64,000 nucleotides of DNA, from assembly GCF_963921235.1 (NCBI RefSeq), contig NC_086107.1, positions 110,796,001 through 110,860,000 of the forward strand. The letters are read 5' to 3'. Under the pieces are notes generated by a model. The model made no database searches. It was given only the letters and a program-made list of their open reading frames with translations, and had not been told where the DNA came from. Positions 51,004 through 64,000 of this stretch are shown in pieces. Within the stretch, counting starts at the first letter, position 1; each line of letters starts with the position of its first letter. This DNA comes from Mobula hypostoma. Taxonomy: Eukaryota. The translations under genes and the position numbers were made by a program.

Positions 51004-51779
51004 ATGTATTAAAGCACGCTAAATGTTGGCCAGGCCAACAACACCCACATTCTGCCAGCTGAGAAGAAAAAGATTTATTGACAGAAATAGACTAAACTGT
51101 AAGAAAAAGATAAAACGCACTTGTGACCAAGAGAAAGGATATGTAAGATTGTGCTGGGACTCACAGCTCAGGGAAGTGACTGCTGAAAATAGTTATCAGA
51201 AAATTAAATTAAAATCACTCTAATTACAGTTTGGAATGACAGCGAGCGAAACCGCAGCCTGGTGAGAGTGAGAGATCTGTCTCTTTGGCGTATGGGATTA
51301 CTGAAAATCAAATTGATTCCGCAGTGAAATTATGGACTTCCTAATGGGAGGAAAGAGCAAAGACGTTGTGCCTGTTTGAACTAATTGCATGTGGCAAATG
51401 GCTTGCAAGTTGTGAGGGAGTGATTGAGAGGCAGCTTCAGGACTGCTGGAAGCTCTCCCACGTGCTACCCAGCCGCTGTCAAGAGAGCGTCAGTTGTGTT
51501 CCGAGGAATGGCACAACAGTTGGCAGGCTGTTTCAGGGACAGGAGTGCCTTCTGGCACAGAACTGTTGTTTATAGGTGGTAATTAAGCAAGAAAGTTCAG
51601 GTGGCCTACCGGGGTCCAATAAGCTGCCTTGTCTGCTCCAGGTCATTGTTACAGTTCTGGATCAGGCTGCGCAGGCCAGAGTTTCTCTTCTTTCCTCTCT
51701 CTGCAATGTTACAATTTCTCAGCCTCTGAGTCATGAAACTGAGAAAGACGACTCTGCCAAACCGGAATTTCTAATTTCA

Positions 51780-52048
51780 TTTATTTAGAGATACAGTGTG
51801 GGGCAGGCCCTTCCGGCCCAATGAGCCGCGTTGCCTAGCAACCATCTACTTAGTACCGTCCTAATCACAGGACAATTTAGAACGACCCATTAATCTACTA
51901 ACCGGTATGTCTTTGGAATGTGGGAGGAAACTGGAGCACTTGGAGGAAACCCATGTGGTCACGGGGAGAAAGTACGAACTCCTTATAGATGGTGCAGGAA
52001 TTGAAATCCGATGCTCCATTGCGCTAACTGCTACGCCACTGTGGCATG
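51780..52048 (-). mobile_element. V-SINE (HE1-like)
   Basis: tgggaggaaactggagcacttggaggaaacccatgtggtcacggggaga; similar minus-strand copies at about 23400-23615 and 45820-46065. Confidence 0.85.
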
Positions 52049-52289
52049 GGAGCAAATCTCATCCCTGGTTAGAGAAGATGTTTAGAAATGCTTAGAAGGA
52101 TGAGAGGGGATCTCATTGAAACCTATCGAATATTGAAATGCTTAGATAGAGTGGATGTGGAGAGGATGTTTCCTATAGTGGGGGACTCAGAGGGCACAAC
52201 AGCAGAATAGAAATAAGTTCCTTAAGAACAGAGAGGAGGAGGAATTTCTTTAGCCAGAGGGTGGTGAATCTGTGGAATTCATTGCCACA

Positions 52290-52750
52290 TGCAGATGGTA
52301 GCAGACACCAACAGAATCAACAAACTCATTTGTAAGGCCGGTGATGTTGTGGGCATGGAACTGGACTCTCTCACGGTGGTGTCTGAAAAGAGGATGCTGT
52401 CCAAGTTACATGCCATCTTGGACAATGTCTCCCATCCACTACATAATGTACTGGTTGGGCACAGGAGTACATTCAGCCAGAGACTCATTCCACCGAGATG
52501 CAACACAGAGCATCATAGGAAGTCATTCCTGCCTGTGGCCATCAAACTTTACAACTCCTCCCTTGGAGGGTCAGACACCCTGAGCCAATAGGCTGGTTCT
52601 GGACTTATTTCCTGGGATAATTTACATATTATTATTTAATTATTTATGGTTTTATATTGCTATATCTATACTCTATTCTTGGTTGGTGCAACTGTAACGA
52701 AACCCAATTTCCCTCGGGATCAATAAAGTATGACTATGACTATGACTATG
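52290..52750 (+). mobile_element. Rex1/Babar-type LINE 3' end with (TATGAC)n tail, inside a CR1 (about 52090-52930)
   Basis: DTNRINKLICKAGDVVG...ILDNVSHPLH...RCNTEHHRKSFLPVAIKLYN. Confidence 0.85.
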
Positions 52751-53426
52751 TGGAGGCCACGTCCTTGGGTATATTTAAAGCAGAGGTTGATGGGATCTAT
52801 ATCAGTGAAGGTGTCAAAGGTTACGGGGAGAAGGCAGGAGAAAGGGGTTGAAAGGGATAATAAATCAGCCATGATGGAACAAACTTGAGGGGCCGAATTG
52901 CCTAATTCTGCTCCAATGTCTAATGTAAAACAGTCAAATAGTTACTAGCTATTGAGATGAAGTATCTCAACTCTACTGCCTCTGTCCTTGCCTGATCCAC
53001 TCAGTGATCCAGTAGTTCGTCCTTTGCTACAGATTCCAGCTTCTGCAGTCTCTAGTCTGGAGGTCTGACAGAGTCATAGAGCACTATGGAACAGAAACAG
53101 ACCCTTTGGCCCATCTAGTCCATGCCAAACTTATATTGTGCCTCGTCTATCGACCCCCCCACCTGGACCATAGCCTCCCAAACCCCTCCCATCCATGTAC
53201 TTAACCAAACTTCTCTTAAACGTTGAAATCGAACCTGCATCCACTTCTTCTGCTGGCAGCTCGTTCCACACTCTCACCACCCCCTGAGTGAAGAGGTTCC
53301 CCCTCAGGTTCCCTTTAAATATTTCACCCTTCACCCTTAACCTCTAGTCCTAGTCTCACCCAACCTCAGTGGAAAACAGCCTACTTGCATTCATCCTATC
53401 CGTACCCTTCATAAATTTGTATACAT

Positions 53427-54290
53427 CTCAAGTCAAGTCAAGTCAAGTCACTTTTTATTGTCATTTCAACCATAACTGCTGGTACAGAACATAGTAAAAA
53501 CGAGACAACGTTTTCAGGACCATGGTGCTACATGAAACAACACAAAAACTACACTGAACTACGTAAGAAAAAAAACACCAAAACTACACTAGACTACAGA
53601 CCTACCCAGGACTGCATAAAGTGCACAAAACAGTGCAGGGACTACAATAAATAATAAACAAGACAATAGGCACAGTAGAAGGCAGTAGGTTGGTGTCAAG
53701 CCAGGATCTGGGTATTGAGGAGTCTGATGGCTTGGATGAAGGAACTGTTACATAGTCTGGTCGTGAGAGCCCGAATGCTTCAGTGCCTTTTGCCAGATGG
53801 CAGGAGGGAGAAGAGTTTGTATGAGGGGTGCGTGGGGTCCTTCATAAGGCTGTTTGCTTTACGGATGCAGCGTGTGGTGTAAATGTCTCTAATGGCGGGA
53901 AGAGAGACCCCGATGATCTTCTCAGCTGACCTCACTATCCGCTGCAGGGTCTTGCGATCCGAGACGGTGCAATTTCCGAACCAGGCCGTGATGCAGCTGC
54001 TCAGGATGCTCTCAATACAACCTCTGTAGAATGTGGTGATGATGGGGGGTGGGAGATGGACTTTTCTCAGCCTTCGCAGAAAGTAGAGACGCTGCTGGGC
54101 TTTCTGTGCTATGGAGCTGGTGTTGAGGGACCAAGTGAGATTCTCCACCTGGTGAACACCAAGAAATTTGGTGCTCTTACCAATCTCTATGGAGGAGTCG
54201 TCGATGTTCAGTGGAGAGTGGTCGCTCCGTGTCCTCTTGAAGTCAACGACCATCTCTTTTGTTTTGTTCACATTCAGAGACAGGTTGCTG
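53427..54290 (-). mobile_element. Rex1/Babar-type LINE 3' end with (TTGAC)n tail, inside a minus-strand CR1
   Basis: NKTKEMVVDFKR...TKFLGVH...LTWSLNTSSIAQKAQQRLYFLRRLRK...FYRGCIESILSSCITAWFG. Confidence 0.92.
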
Positions 54291-54967
54291 GCTATGATCT
54301 CCCCTCATTTTCTTCTCTTATTCAAAATTCAAAGTCCAAAGTAAATTTATTATCAAAGTATGCTTATGTCCTCAGACACTACTTTGAGGTTCATTTTCTT
54401 GTGGGCATTCACAGTAGAGCAAAACAATACAATAGAATCAGTGAAAATCTACATACAAACACTGACAAGAAGCCAATGTGCAGAAGAAGACGAACTGTGC
54501 AAATAATGAATCAATAATACTGAGAACATGAGTTGCGGAGGCCTTGAAAGTGAGCTTGTAGGTTGTGGAATCAGTTCAGTGTTGAGGGGAGTGAAGTTAT
54601 CCATGCTGGTTCAGGGGTTCAGGGGCCTGTCGGTAGAAGGTAGTAACTGTTCCTGAACCTGGTGGGGTGGTCCTGGCAACAACCTTGTGAATTTTCCCCG
54701 CAATCTTTCCATCTCTTTGTTATCTTTCCTGCAGGAGGGCGAGCAGAACTGCACACAATACCTGAACAGCCAGAGCTAGCATTGTAGGCATGTCCCGGAG
54801 GGGAAAGGACAGCTTATTGCATGTCAGTAGGTCACCCAAACCTCCCTGCCTAATCATCACCAATAGACAATGGTTTTGTGCCAGAAGGTCCTTGTGCTCC
54901 AGGGCTTCGCAGGTGGTGTTCTTGTAGAAGTCAGAAATGAGAACCTGTTGTGCTTCTTCACCAACAC

Positions 54968-55480
54968 AGAACATAGAATGGTGCAGGCCCTTCAGTCCAC
55001 GATGCTGTTCCAACCTTTTAACCTACTCCAAGGTCAATCTAACCCTTCCCTCCCAGATAGCCCTCCATTTTTATTTCATCCATGTTCATATCTGAGAGTC
55101 GCTTCAATGTCCCTAATGTATCTGCCTCTAGACCCAGCCCCGGCAGTACGTTCCTTGCATTTACCACTTTCTGTGTAAAAAACCTACTCTAACCCTGCCC
55201 CCCCACAAACGTTCCTCCAGACACCTTGAAATTACGTCCACTTCAATTAGCCATTTCTACCCTGGGAACAAGGTCCTGGCTGTCCACTCTGTCTTTGCCT
55301 CATCATCATATACATCTCTAATCAAGTCACCTTTCACCTCCTTTCACTCCAAAGGGAAAATCCCTAAGGCATGCTCTCTAATCCAGGCAGCATCCGGGTA
55401 AATCTCCTCTGCAACCTCTCTAAAGCTTCCTCACCCTTCCTACAGTGAGGCAACCGGAACTGAGCACGTCACTTCAAGTA
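54968..55480 (-). mobile_element. CR1 LINE 3' fragment, decayed
   Basis: Reverse strand EALERLQRRFTRMLPGLE; acagaacatagaa tail. Confidence 0.75.
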
Positions 55481-55742
55481 CCTTGGTACTTACAGAGTTC
55501 TGGATACACGTAGGTCCTCACTGAATGGTTGCAAGGGATTGCAAAGCCTGCTGGAGTTCCGGTGTTAGTCAGCACTCAGAAGCATGGACGGCCTTTAGAA
55601 GCTGCGGTGTGGAAGAGGGTGTCTGATTGTTGACCGGCGCAGAAACAAGGGGTAACCCGTTCCTGAGTGGGCTGCCTTTACAGCAGGCAATTCCAGCTGA
55701 CCTGATGTCATGGACCATTCTTCAGGCTCAGCCTCTGCAGTC

Positions 55743-55746
55743 TCAC

Positions 55747-55780
<34 letters not shown>

Positions 55781-58330
55781 ACACACACGCACACACACAC
55801 ACACACTCACACACACACACACACACTCACACACACACACAAACACACACACACACACATACACACACAAACACAAACAGACACACACAAACACACACAC
55901 TCTCTCACACACACACACACACACATACACACACAAACACAAACACACACACACACACACACTCACACACACACTCACACAAACACACACACACAAACAC
56001 ACACTCACACACACACTCACACAAACACACACTCACACACACACTCACACACACACATACACACACACACTCACACACACACATACACACACACACTCAC
56101 ACAAACACACACTCACACACACACTCAAACACACACACACATACACACACAAACACAAACACGCACACACACACACATACACACACTCACACACACACTC
56201 ACACAAACACACACACACAAACACACACTCACACACACACTCACACACACACACTCACACACACACTCACACAAACACACACTCACACACACACTCACAC
56301 ACACACAAACACACACACACACACACTCACACAAACACACACACTCACAAACACACACTCACACACACACTCACACAAACACACACTCACACACACACTC
56401 ACACACACACACAAACACACACACACAAACACACACTCACACACTCACTCACACACACACACATACACACACTCACACACACACACACAAACACACACTC
56501 ACACAAACACACACTCACACACACACTCACACACACACACAAACACACACACAAACACACACTCAACACACACTCACACAAACACACACTCACACACTCA
56601 CACACACACACACAAACTCACACACACACTCACACACACACACTCACACACACAAACACAAACACACACACACACACTCACACACACTCACACACACACA
56701 CACTCACACACACACACTCACACACATACTCACACAAACACACACACACAAACACACACTCACACACACACACACACAAACTCACACACACACTCACACA
56801 CACACTCACACACACACAAACACAAACACACACACACACACACTCACACACACACTCACACACACACACACACTCACACACACACACACTCACACAAACA
56901 CACACTCACACACATACTCACACACACACATACACACACTCACACACACACACTCACACACATACTCACACACACACACAAACACACACACACACTCACA
57001 CACACACTCACACACACACACACTCACACACACACACTCACACAAACACACACTCACACACATACTCACACACACACATACACACACTCACACACACACT
57101 CACACAAACACACACTCACACACACACTCACACACACACAAACACACACACACACAAACACACACTCACACACACACTCACACAAACACACACACACTCA
57201 CACAAACACACACTCACACACACACTCACACACACACACAAACACACACACACAAACACACACTCACACACACACTCACACAAACACACACTCACACACT
57301 CACTCACACACACACACACAAACACACACTCACACACTCACACTCACTCACACACACACACACAAACACACACTCACACACACACACACTCACACACACA
57401 CTCACACACACACACAAACACACACACACAAACACACACTCACACACTCACTCACACACACACACATACACACACTCACACACACACACAAACACACACT
57501 CACACACACACACAAACACACACACACAAACACACACTCAACACACACTCACACAAACACACACTCACACACTCACACACACACACAAACTCACACACAC
57601 ACTCACACACACACACTCACACACACACACTCACACACACACAAACACAAACACACACACACACACTCACACACACACTCACACACACACACTCACACAC
57701 ACACACTCACACAAACACACACTCACACACATACTCACACAAACACACACACACAAACACACACTCACACACTCACACACACACACACAAACTCACACAC
57801 ACACTCACACACACACACTCACACACACACAAACACAAACACACACACACACACTCACACACACACACTCACACACATACTCACACACACACACATACAC
57901 ACACTCACACACACACTCACACAAACACACACTCACACACACACTCACACACACACAAACACACACACACACACAAACACACACTAACACACACACTCAC
58001 ACAAACACACACACACTCACACAAACACACACTCACACACACACTCACACACACACAAACACACACACACACAAACACACACTCACACACACACTCACAC
58101 AAACACACACTCACACACTCACTCACACACACACACAAACACACACTCACACACACACACTCACACTCACACACTCACTCACACACACACACACAAACAC
58201 ACACTCACAGACACACACTCACACTCACACACTCACACACACACTCACACACACACACTCACACACAAACACACACACACACACACACAAACAGATATGC
58301 ACAAACATGAACACACACACACACACACTT
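55743..58330. repeat. About 2.6-kb compound (CA)n tract with CT/AA/AT interruptions
   Basis: Directly visible; explains the 786-aa and 866-aa His/Thr ORFs. Confidence 0.97.
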
Positions 58331-59686
58331 ACACAATTGGGCTTGCACACACATACACATACACTGCTACACATATGCATTCATGCACACACTGACATAC
58401 ACGTATGCACACACATGCAAACACGGACGCACACATGCATTCATGTATGCACATAAACATAAGTGTACATGTGCACGCGCACACACACACACACACACGG
58501 GATCTTCCATCTTCCTCTGAGTCTGGTTCACCAAGGGGTGCCAGCACCTTTCACTTGCAGGCACTGGGGACGCCCCTCCCGTGTGAATGATAGCCTCAGG
58601 GCTGGGGAATACCTGGGGCGTGTGCTAAACAGGAGCTGCAAGGTTGGACTTGGCTGAGCCCTATTCTGTGGCCTGCCAAAACTTTTGGACAAAGAGCAAG
58701 CTGAAATGGGACGTTGAGGAGTCAAGCTAACCCAGGGTTCCCGTTAGAAGGTGTTGCAGGAGTGATGTGAATGTCCCTTTATCTGTCTCAGTGAGAATTT
58801 GGTTGGAGCTCACAGTGAGATTCACCTCTTTCAACTCTCTCCAACTCAGCACCAACCTCGTGGTTACCAGAGCTGAAGGCTCATTATCGTGACTGCACAC
58901 AACTAACAGTTGGTCTGTGTGTGGACATTTGATTGCATGTTCAGCAACACACATAATACTGCAGGGACTCTTCCCAAAATGGCTATTGCAAGGGAGCATA
59001 CTGTAATTTAAGGTAATTGGAGGGAAATACAGGCAGGATGTCAGAGGTAAGCTCTTTACTCAGAGAGTGGTGGGTGTGCAGGGACATTAAAGTAACTCTT
59101 GGATAGGTGCATAAATGAGTGAAAAAAAGGAGAACTATGTAGGAGGGAAGGGTTAGATTAATCTTAGAGTAAAATCGTGGGCTGAGGGCCTGTACTCTGT
59201 AATATACTATGTCCTGACCAGAACTTCACTCACCCCAACACTGATCTGATTCCACAAACTATGGACTCACTTTCAAGGACTGCAGCTCATCTTCTCCGTA
59301 TGTATGCATGTACAGTATGCATTTAAAAAAATTATTATAATTTGCACAGTTTGTCTTCTTTTGCACGTTGGTTGTTTATCAGTCTGTGTCTGCGTGTTGT
59401 CTTTCATTGATGCTATTGTACTTCCTTGTTCTACTGTGAATGCCTGCAAGAAAATGAATCTCACAGTAGTATCTGGCGACATAAAATTACATTGAACTTT
59501 GACCTTTGAACTACGTTCTCTGTCCTCACTCAATGAGCCCGGCAGCATCTATGGAGGGAAGTAAGCAGTCAACATTTTGGGCCGAGGCCCTTCATCAGCG
59601 CCGCCCAGATGAAGACTCCCGGTTTGAAGCGTTAACTGTTTCTTCCCCTTCGTAGATGCTGCTCGACCTGCTGAGTCCCTCTGGCA

Positions 59687-59725
<39 letters not shown>

Positions 59726-60089
59726 GCTGAAGTTTAGGGTTAGAGTTAGCATCTGCAGGATCCCTAGTGTTCAGCTCTCACGAGTCAACGTCTGGTACTG
59801 TGAGAAAGAGAGAGAGTCACAGTCAAAGCCTGTTACACCGTCAAGTTTTGATTGATGACTGGAAGTAAACACAGAGAAGGCAGATAAACACTTCTTCTGA
59901 TAACAGTTTTTCTTCCTAATTTATTGCCTCTTTCCCTTTGCTAAGGAGAGTTAAAGAGTGCCCATCGTTTGGTACTTCTGCGGCATCTTTGATGAGTAAA
60001 GACTAACTCCAGGCCCACTCAATATCACAAAATGAAGTAAAGCTGTCACCTCTCCCTGGCTCCCTAGAAGATGAATGGTTAAGCATTGG

Positions 60090-60612
60090 TATTCTGAGCA
60101 ACACGCACAAAACGCTGGAGGAAGACAGCAGGTCAGGCAACACGTACGGGAAATGAATATACAGTCGGCGATTTGGGCCGAGGCTCTTCATCCAGATTGG
60201 AAAGGAAGGGGGAAGACACGAGGATAAAAAGATGGGGGAGGAGGGGAAGGAGGACAAGCTATAGAAGATGATAGGTGGGTGGAGAAGTAAAGGGCTGGAG
60301 AAGAAGGAATCTGATAGGAGAGGAGAATGGACCATGGGAGAAAGGGAAGAAGGAGAGGCACCAGGGGGAGGTGATAAGCAGGTGAGGAGAAGATGTTAGA
60401 AGCCAGAGTGCAGGATAGAAGAAGGGGGAAAGGAGAGGGGAAAAATTACTAGAAGCAGAAATTGATGTTCATGCCATCGGGTTGGAGGCTACTTAAGCGG
60501 GGCGCAAGGTGTTGCTTGAGGGGCCTCATCATGGCAGAAGAGGAGGCCATGGACCAGCATGTCGGAATGGCAATGGGGATAGGAATTAACATGGTTGGCC
60601 ACCATGAATTTC
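60090..60612 (-). mobile_element. PLE 3' fragment
   Basis: Reverse strand RLSSLQPDGMNINFC followed by PLE UTR and terminus. Confidence 0.82.
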
Positions 60613-60689
60613 CATTTTTAGTGGTTGGAGCAGAGGTGCTTGGTATTCTGATCCCAGGAAGGTGTTGGATGATCCTCAGAGCTTCCCAC

Positions 60690-61378
60690 AATGCTTCTCA
60701 ACAAAGGAGCTGGTTGTGGATTACAGGAGGAATGGAAACGGGCTAACTCTTATTGACATCAATGGATCTGGGGCTGAGAGGGTGAACAGCTTCAAGTTTC
60801 TCTGCATCCACATCACCGAGAGCCTCACGTGGTCTGTACACACCAGCTGTGTGCTGAAAATGGCACAACTGCGCCTCTTTCACCTCAGATGGTTGAGGAA
60901 GTTTGGTATGGGCCCCCAAATCCCAAGAACTTTCTACAGGGGAACAACTGAGTGGCTGCATCACTGCCTGGTATGGGAACTGTACCTCCCTTAATGGCAG
61001 GACCCTGCAGGGAGTGGTGTGGACAGCCCAGCGCATCTGTAGTTGTGAACTTCCCATGATTCAGGACATTTAGAAGGACAGATGTGTAGGATCACTGGGG
61101 ACCCAAGCCATCCCAACCACAATCTATTCCAATTGCTACCATCCGGGAAACGGTACCGCAGCATAAAAGCCAGGACCAACAGGTTCCGGGACAGCTTCTT
61201 CCACCAGGCCATCAGACTAATGAACTCATGCTGATTTGAGTATACTGTTCCATTTATTATAAATTATTATAAATTACTATGATTGCACATGGCATATTTA
61301 GATGGAGACATAACATAAAGATTTTTACTCCTCATGTATGTGAAGGATGTAAGAAGTAAAGCCAATTTAATTCAATTC
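60690..61378 (+). mobile_element. Rex1/Babar-type LINE 3' fragment
   Basis: TKELVVDYRR...ERVNSFKFLCIHITESLTWSVH...AQLRLFHLRWLRKFGM. Confidence 0.88.
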
Positions 61379-62459
61379 ACCAGAGCAACCTCAGCACGCC
61401 AGTCATTTGATGAAAACTTACCGAATGCTCTGTATTGCTCTAACTCGTGCGAGGGCTTCTCCGGAGCTGATTCTGGTTAAATATTCATTGTGACATGTCA
61501 GTAATCAGATTTTAGAGTGGTAATCTGCTAATTTACTCCAATGAGGTAATTAATTGCAAAGCAAACCGATTCCAGATAATTTAATTTTCGATGGGGGTTG
61601 ATACTTTGAAATATTGTGAAATATGACCGTCTGATTCCCATCGGGGAATTGCGAGGCATCCGACTGAAAGTCCCTACAAAGGATTGTGAGGATCACTGGG
61701 CTTTCTCTTTCAGCCATCGGAAATATTTATCAGGTGTGCTGCATACACAGAGCCCTTAGCGTGGTCAAGAATCCCTCCTTTTTGTCCAACAACCTATTTG
61801 ACCCCCTTACCATCAGACAGGAGGTACCGTAGCATTAGGACAAGGACTGTAGGGATGGGAAACAGCTTCTCCCACCAGGCCCTAAGACTACTGAACTCCC
61901 TGCCACCACCTGGATCTTATCACTTGTGAAGCGCCAGTAGCATTACACTGTTCTTGCTCTTGAGCTTGTAAGTGCACCCTTTTACTAAATGTCAATCTTC
62001 TGGAATATATTTTATTATTTCTTAACTTATTTGTGGTAATATTACTTCATGCGTGAGTTATATGTTCTGCACCTTGCTCTGGAGGAACATTGTCCCATTT
62101 GGCAATATACATGAATGACAATAATCTTGAAGTTGAGTGTTCTACACTCTTCAACGTTTAACAATTTTCAGATCTGACTTTAATCTGCCTTGTCTGGTCA
62201 TAAAGAGAAGTATGGTAGAATCAATATGTTTAATGTTTCACTGATTTCATTGTTCTCCTGTAAATGCCTGCAAGAAAATGAATCTCAGGGTAGTATATGA
62301 TGACATTTCTGTACTTTGTTAATAAAATTCACTTTGAACTTTTAAAGAACAGGGAGTTCAGAATCAGAATCAGATTTATCACCACCATCTTATATGATGT
62401 GAAATCTTCTTATTCCCCTCCCTCCACCTTCTTATTCTGACTTCTTTCCCTGTCTTTTC

Positions 62460-62497
62460 CAGTCCTGATGAAGAGTCCGGGTCTGAAACGTTGACTG
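62460..62497 (+). ncRNA. Hammerhead ribozyme motif in a PLE terminus (weakened stem II)
   Basis: CAGUC-CUGAUGA-AGAGUCCGGGUCU-GAAA-CGUU-GACUG. Confidence 0.6.
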
Positions 62498-63194
62498 TTC
62501 ATCCATTTCCATAGATTCTGTCTGACCCGCTGAGTTCCTCCAGCATGTTGTGTGCAAGCTCCTTAAGATTTCCGGCATCTGCAGAATCACTTGTGTTTAT
62601 GAAGTGAAATTTGTCGTTTTGCGGCATCAAGCTGTTCTCTGTCCTAAAGCAGGCCACTTGATCATTGCTAGCTTGCTATTTCTGACTTGATATGTATGAC
62701 TGATGAAACCCTCTGAATCTGAGGTAATAACTTTCTCCCTCCATATGCGCTGCCCGACCTGCTGATTATTTCCAGCTTCTGCAGGTCTTTGCTCATTACA
62801 GGATATACACCACTGAGCATAAAACACGTTGGACCACCAGGAGTGGCTGAGGTCAGGATTCAGTCAGTAAAAGGGTGTCTTTGCTTTCCAACGGTGAAGC
62901 AACTTTCATGACCCTGACCAAACTCAGGTGCCTCACTGACGTGGTTGATGTTGTTTCTTGCTCAAGGTTAGCCTGGAGCTTAAACTGAGACACGGTAATT
63001 GACACACCTATTGACAGGAGTTCAGTGATGGCCCAAGTGTAGCTGGAAGGACATAGACATGGAATGAATGGTTGACAGGGCTTTCCTAAGAACTGTACCC
63101 AACTAAGAGAAAAAAATAAACGCTAGGCCGACCGGGCCGCAAACTGAAAATTCTCAAACTAACTAAAAACTAAGCTGTCACTGCGGCTCGAAAG

Positions 63195-63540
63195 CTATAG
63201 AGTCGTAGGATCATAGAAAAGTACAGCACAGAAACAGGTGCTTCGAGTTGTCTTGTCTGTGCCAACCTATTTATACTGCCTACTCCCATCAAACTGCACC
63301 AGGACCATAGTCCTCCATACCCCGACCATCCATGTACTTTTTCTTAAACGTTGAGATCAATCTCGCCTTCGCAGCTTGTTCCACACTCTCAGGACCCTCT
63401 GAGTGAAAAAGTTTCCCCTCATGTTCCCCTTAAACATTTCACCTTTCACCCTCGACCCATGACCTTTAGTTGTAGTCCTACCCAACCTCAGTGGAAAAAA
63501 TCTGATTGCAATTACCCTATCTATACCCCTCATAATTTTG
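63195..63540 (-). mobile_element. CR1 LINE 3' fragment
   Basis: Reverse strand RGHGSRVKGEMFKGNMRGNFFTQRV; catagaaaagtacagcacag tail. Confidence 0.8.
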
Positions 63541-64000
63541 AAACCTGGAACTAAATTAAATCTGCTCCTTGACCAGTGTCTAGCTAAATCATTAATTTTC
63601 TTTCCTGGAATGTGGAATAAGGTAATCAGGGAGCATTGTCATTGCTGTGCTTCTCAATGAAGACTTGACAAGACTGAAACAGAAAGAAGAGGGTTAAATA
63701 CAATTACAAAGAATCCCTAAATGGCTAGAATCCTCACAAGCGTGACTGCCATCTTCTTTCAGCTGCCCACGTGCGCGAGCAGCCAGACTCTGCGGCAGTG
63801 TCCACGGTTGTGACACCTATCACAGCAAGGCAGCTGAAACGTGACTGACATTCCTTTGTCGTTATCAAGACAGTGATTTCCTTGCCTCCATTTTGCTTCC
63901 TTCCTAAAGACAGTCTCGTCCTCAAGGCCTAATATATAATGGATGGGTCTGAAAAATATTTAAAGATTAGTTTAATGAGGCCACCCTCAGGGTGGAAGAG

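Noticed and set aside
51548..51570. FCARR motif as an immunoglobulin or TCR V-segment end
   Set aside because: No upstream V-domain framework (Cys, WYxQ, DxAxYYC) and no adjacent heptamer-spacer-nonamer RSS.
53780..54271. ORF resembling the ALKBH8-associated DUF1891 region
   Set aside because: It is the C-terminus of a Rex1/Babar LINE ORF, present in many decayed copies here; not a host gene.
55627..58310. 786-aa and 866-aa His/Thr-rich ORFs
   Set aside because: They are translations of a (CA)n tract that cannot readily form stop codons, open in several frames.
1..64000. CRISPR array, operon or prokaryotic defence system
   Set aside because: No regularly spaced repeat-spacer array and no gene-dense organisation; content is vertebrate TE and microsatellite.

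Overview
Repeat-dominated eukaryotic (vertebrate) DNA with no operon structure and no host gene I can recognise. The mix of V-SINE/HE1-like SINEs, CR1, Rex1/Babar, RTE and L1 LINEs, and Penelope-like elements (PLEs) suggests an intronic or intergenic region of a cartilaginous fish, possibly a ray (inference). Most ORFs in the track are decayed transposon fragments or microsatellite artefacts. Main signals: (1) many PLE termini carry a minimal type-I hammerhead ribozyme (CAGUC-CUGANGA-stem II-GAAA-CGUH-GACUG). Several sit in short, TSD-flanked fold-back insertions with essentially no coding capacity. (2) Four Chapaev3-like (RAG1/Transib-related) DNA transposon copies, two with both TIRs and 3-bp TSDs. 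(3) Two tandem RFX X-box motifs at about 11.0 kb and a third at 12.7 kb, beside unique sequence that may be a promoter. (4) Several paralogous non-TE or junction-sharing segments, pointing to old local duplication. (5) A speculative chain of small minus-strand exons. All family assignments are by eye, without database searches.
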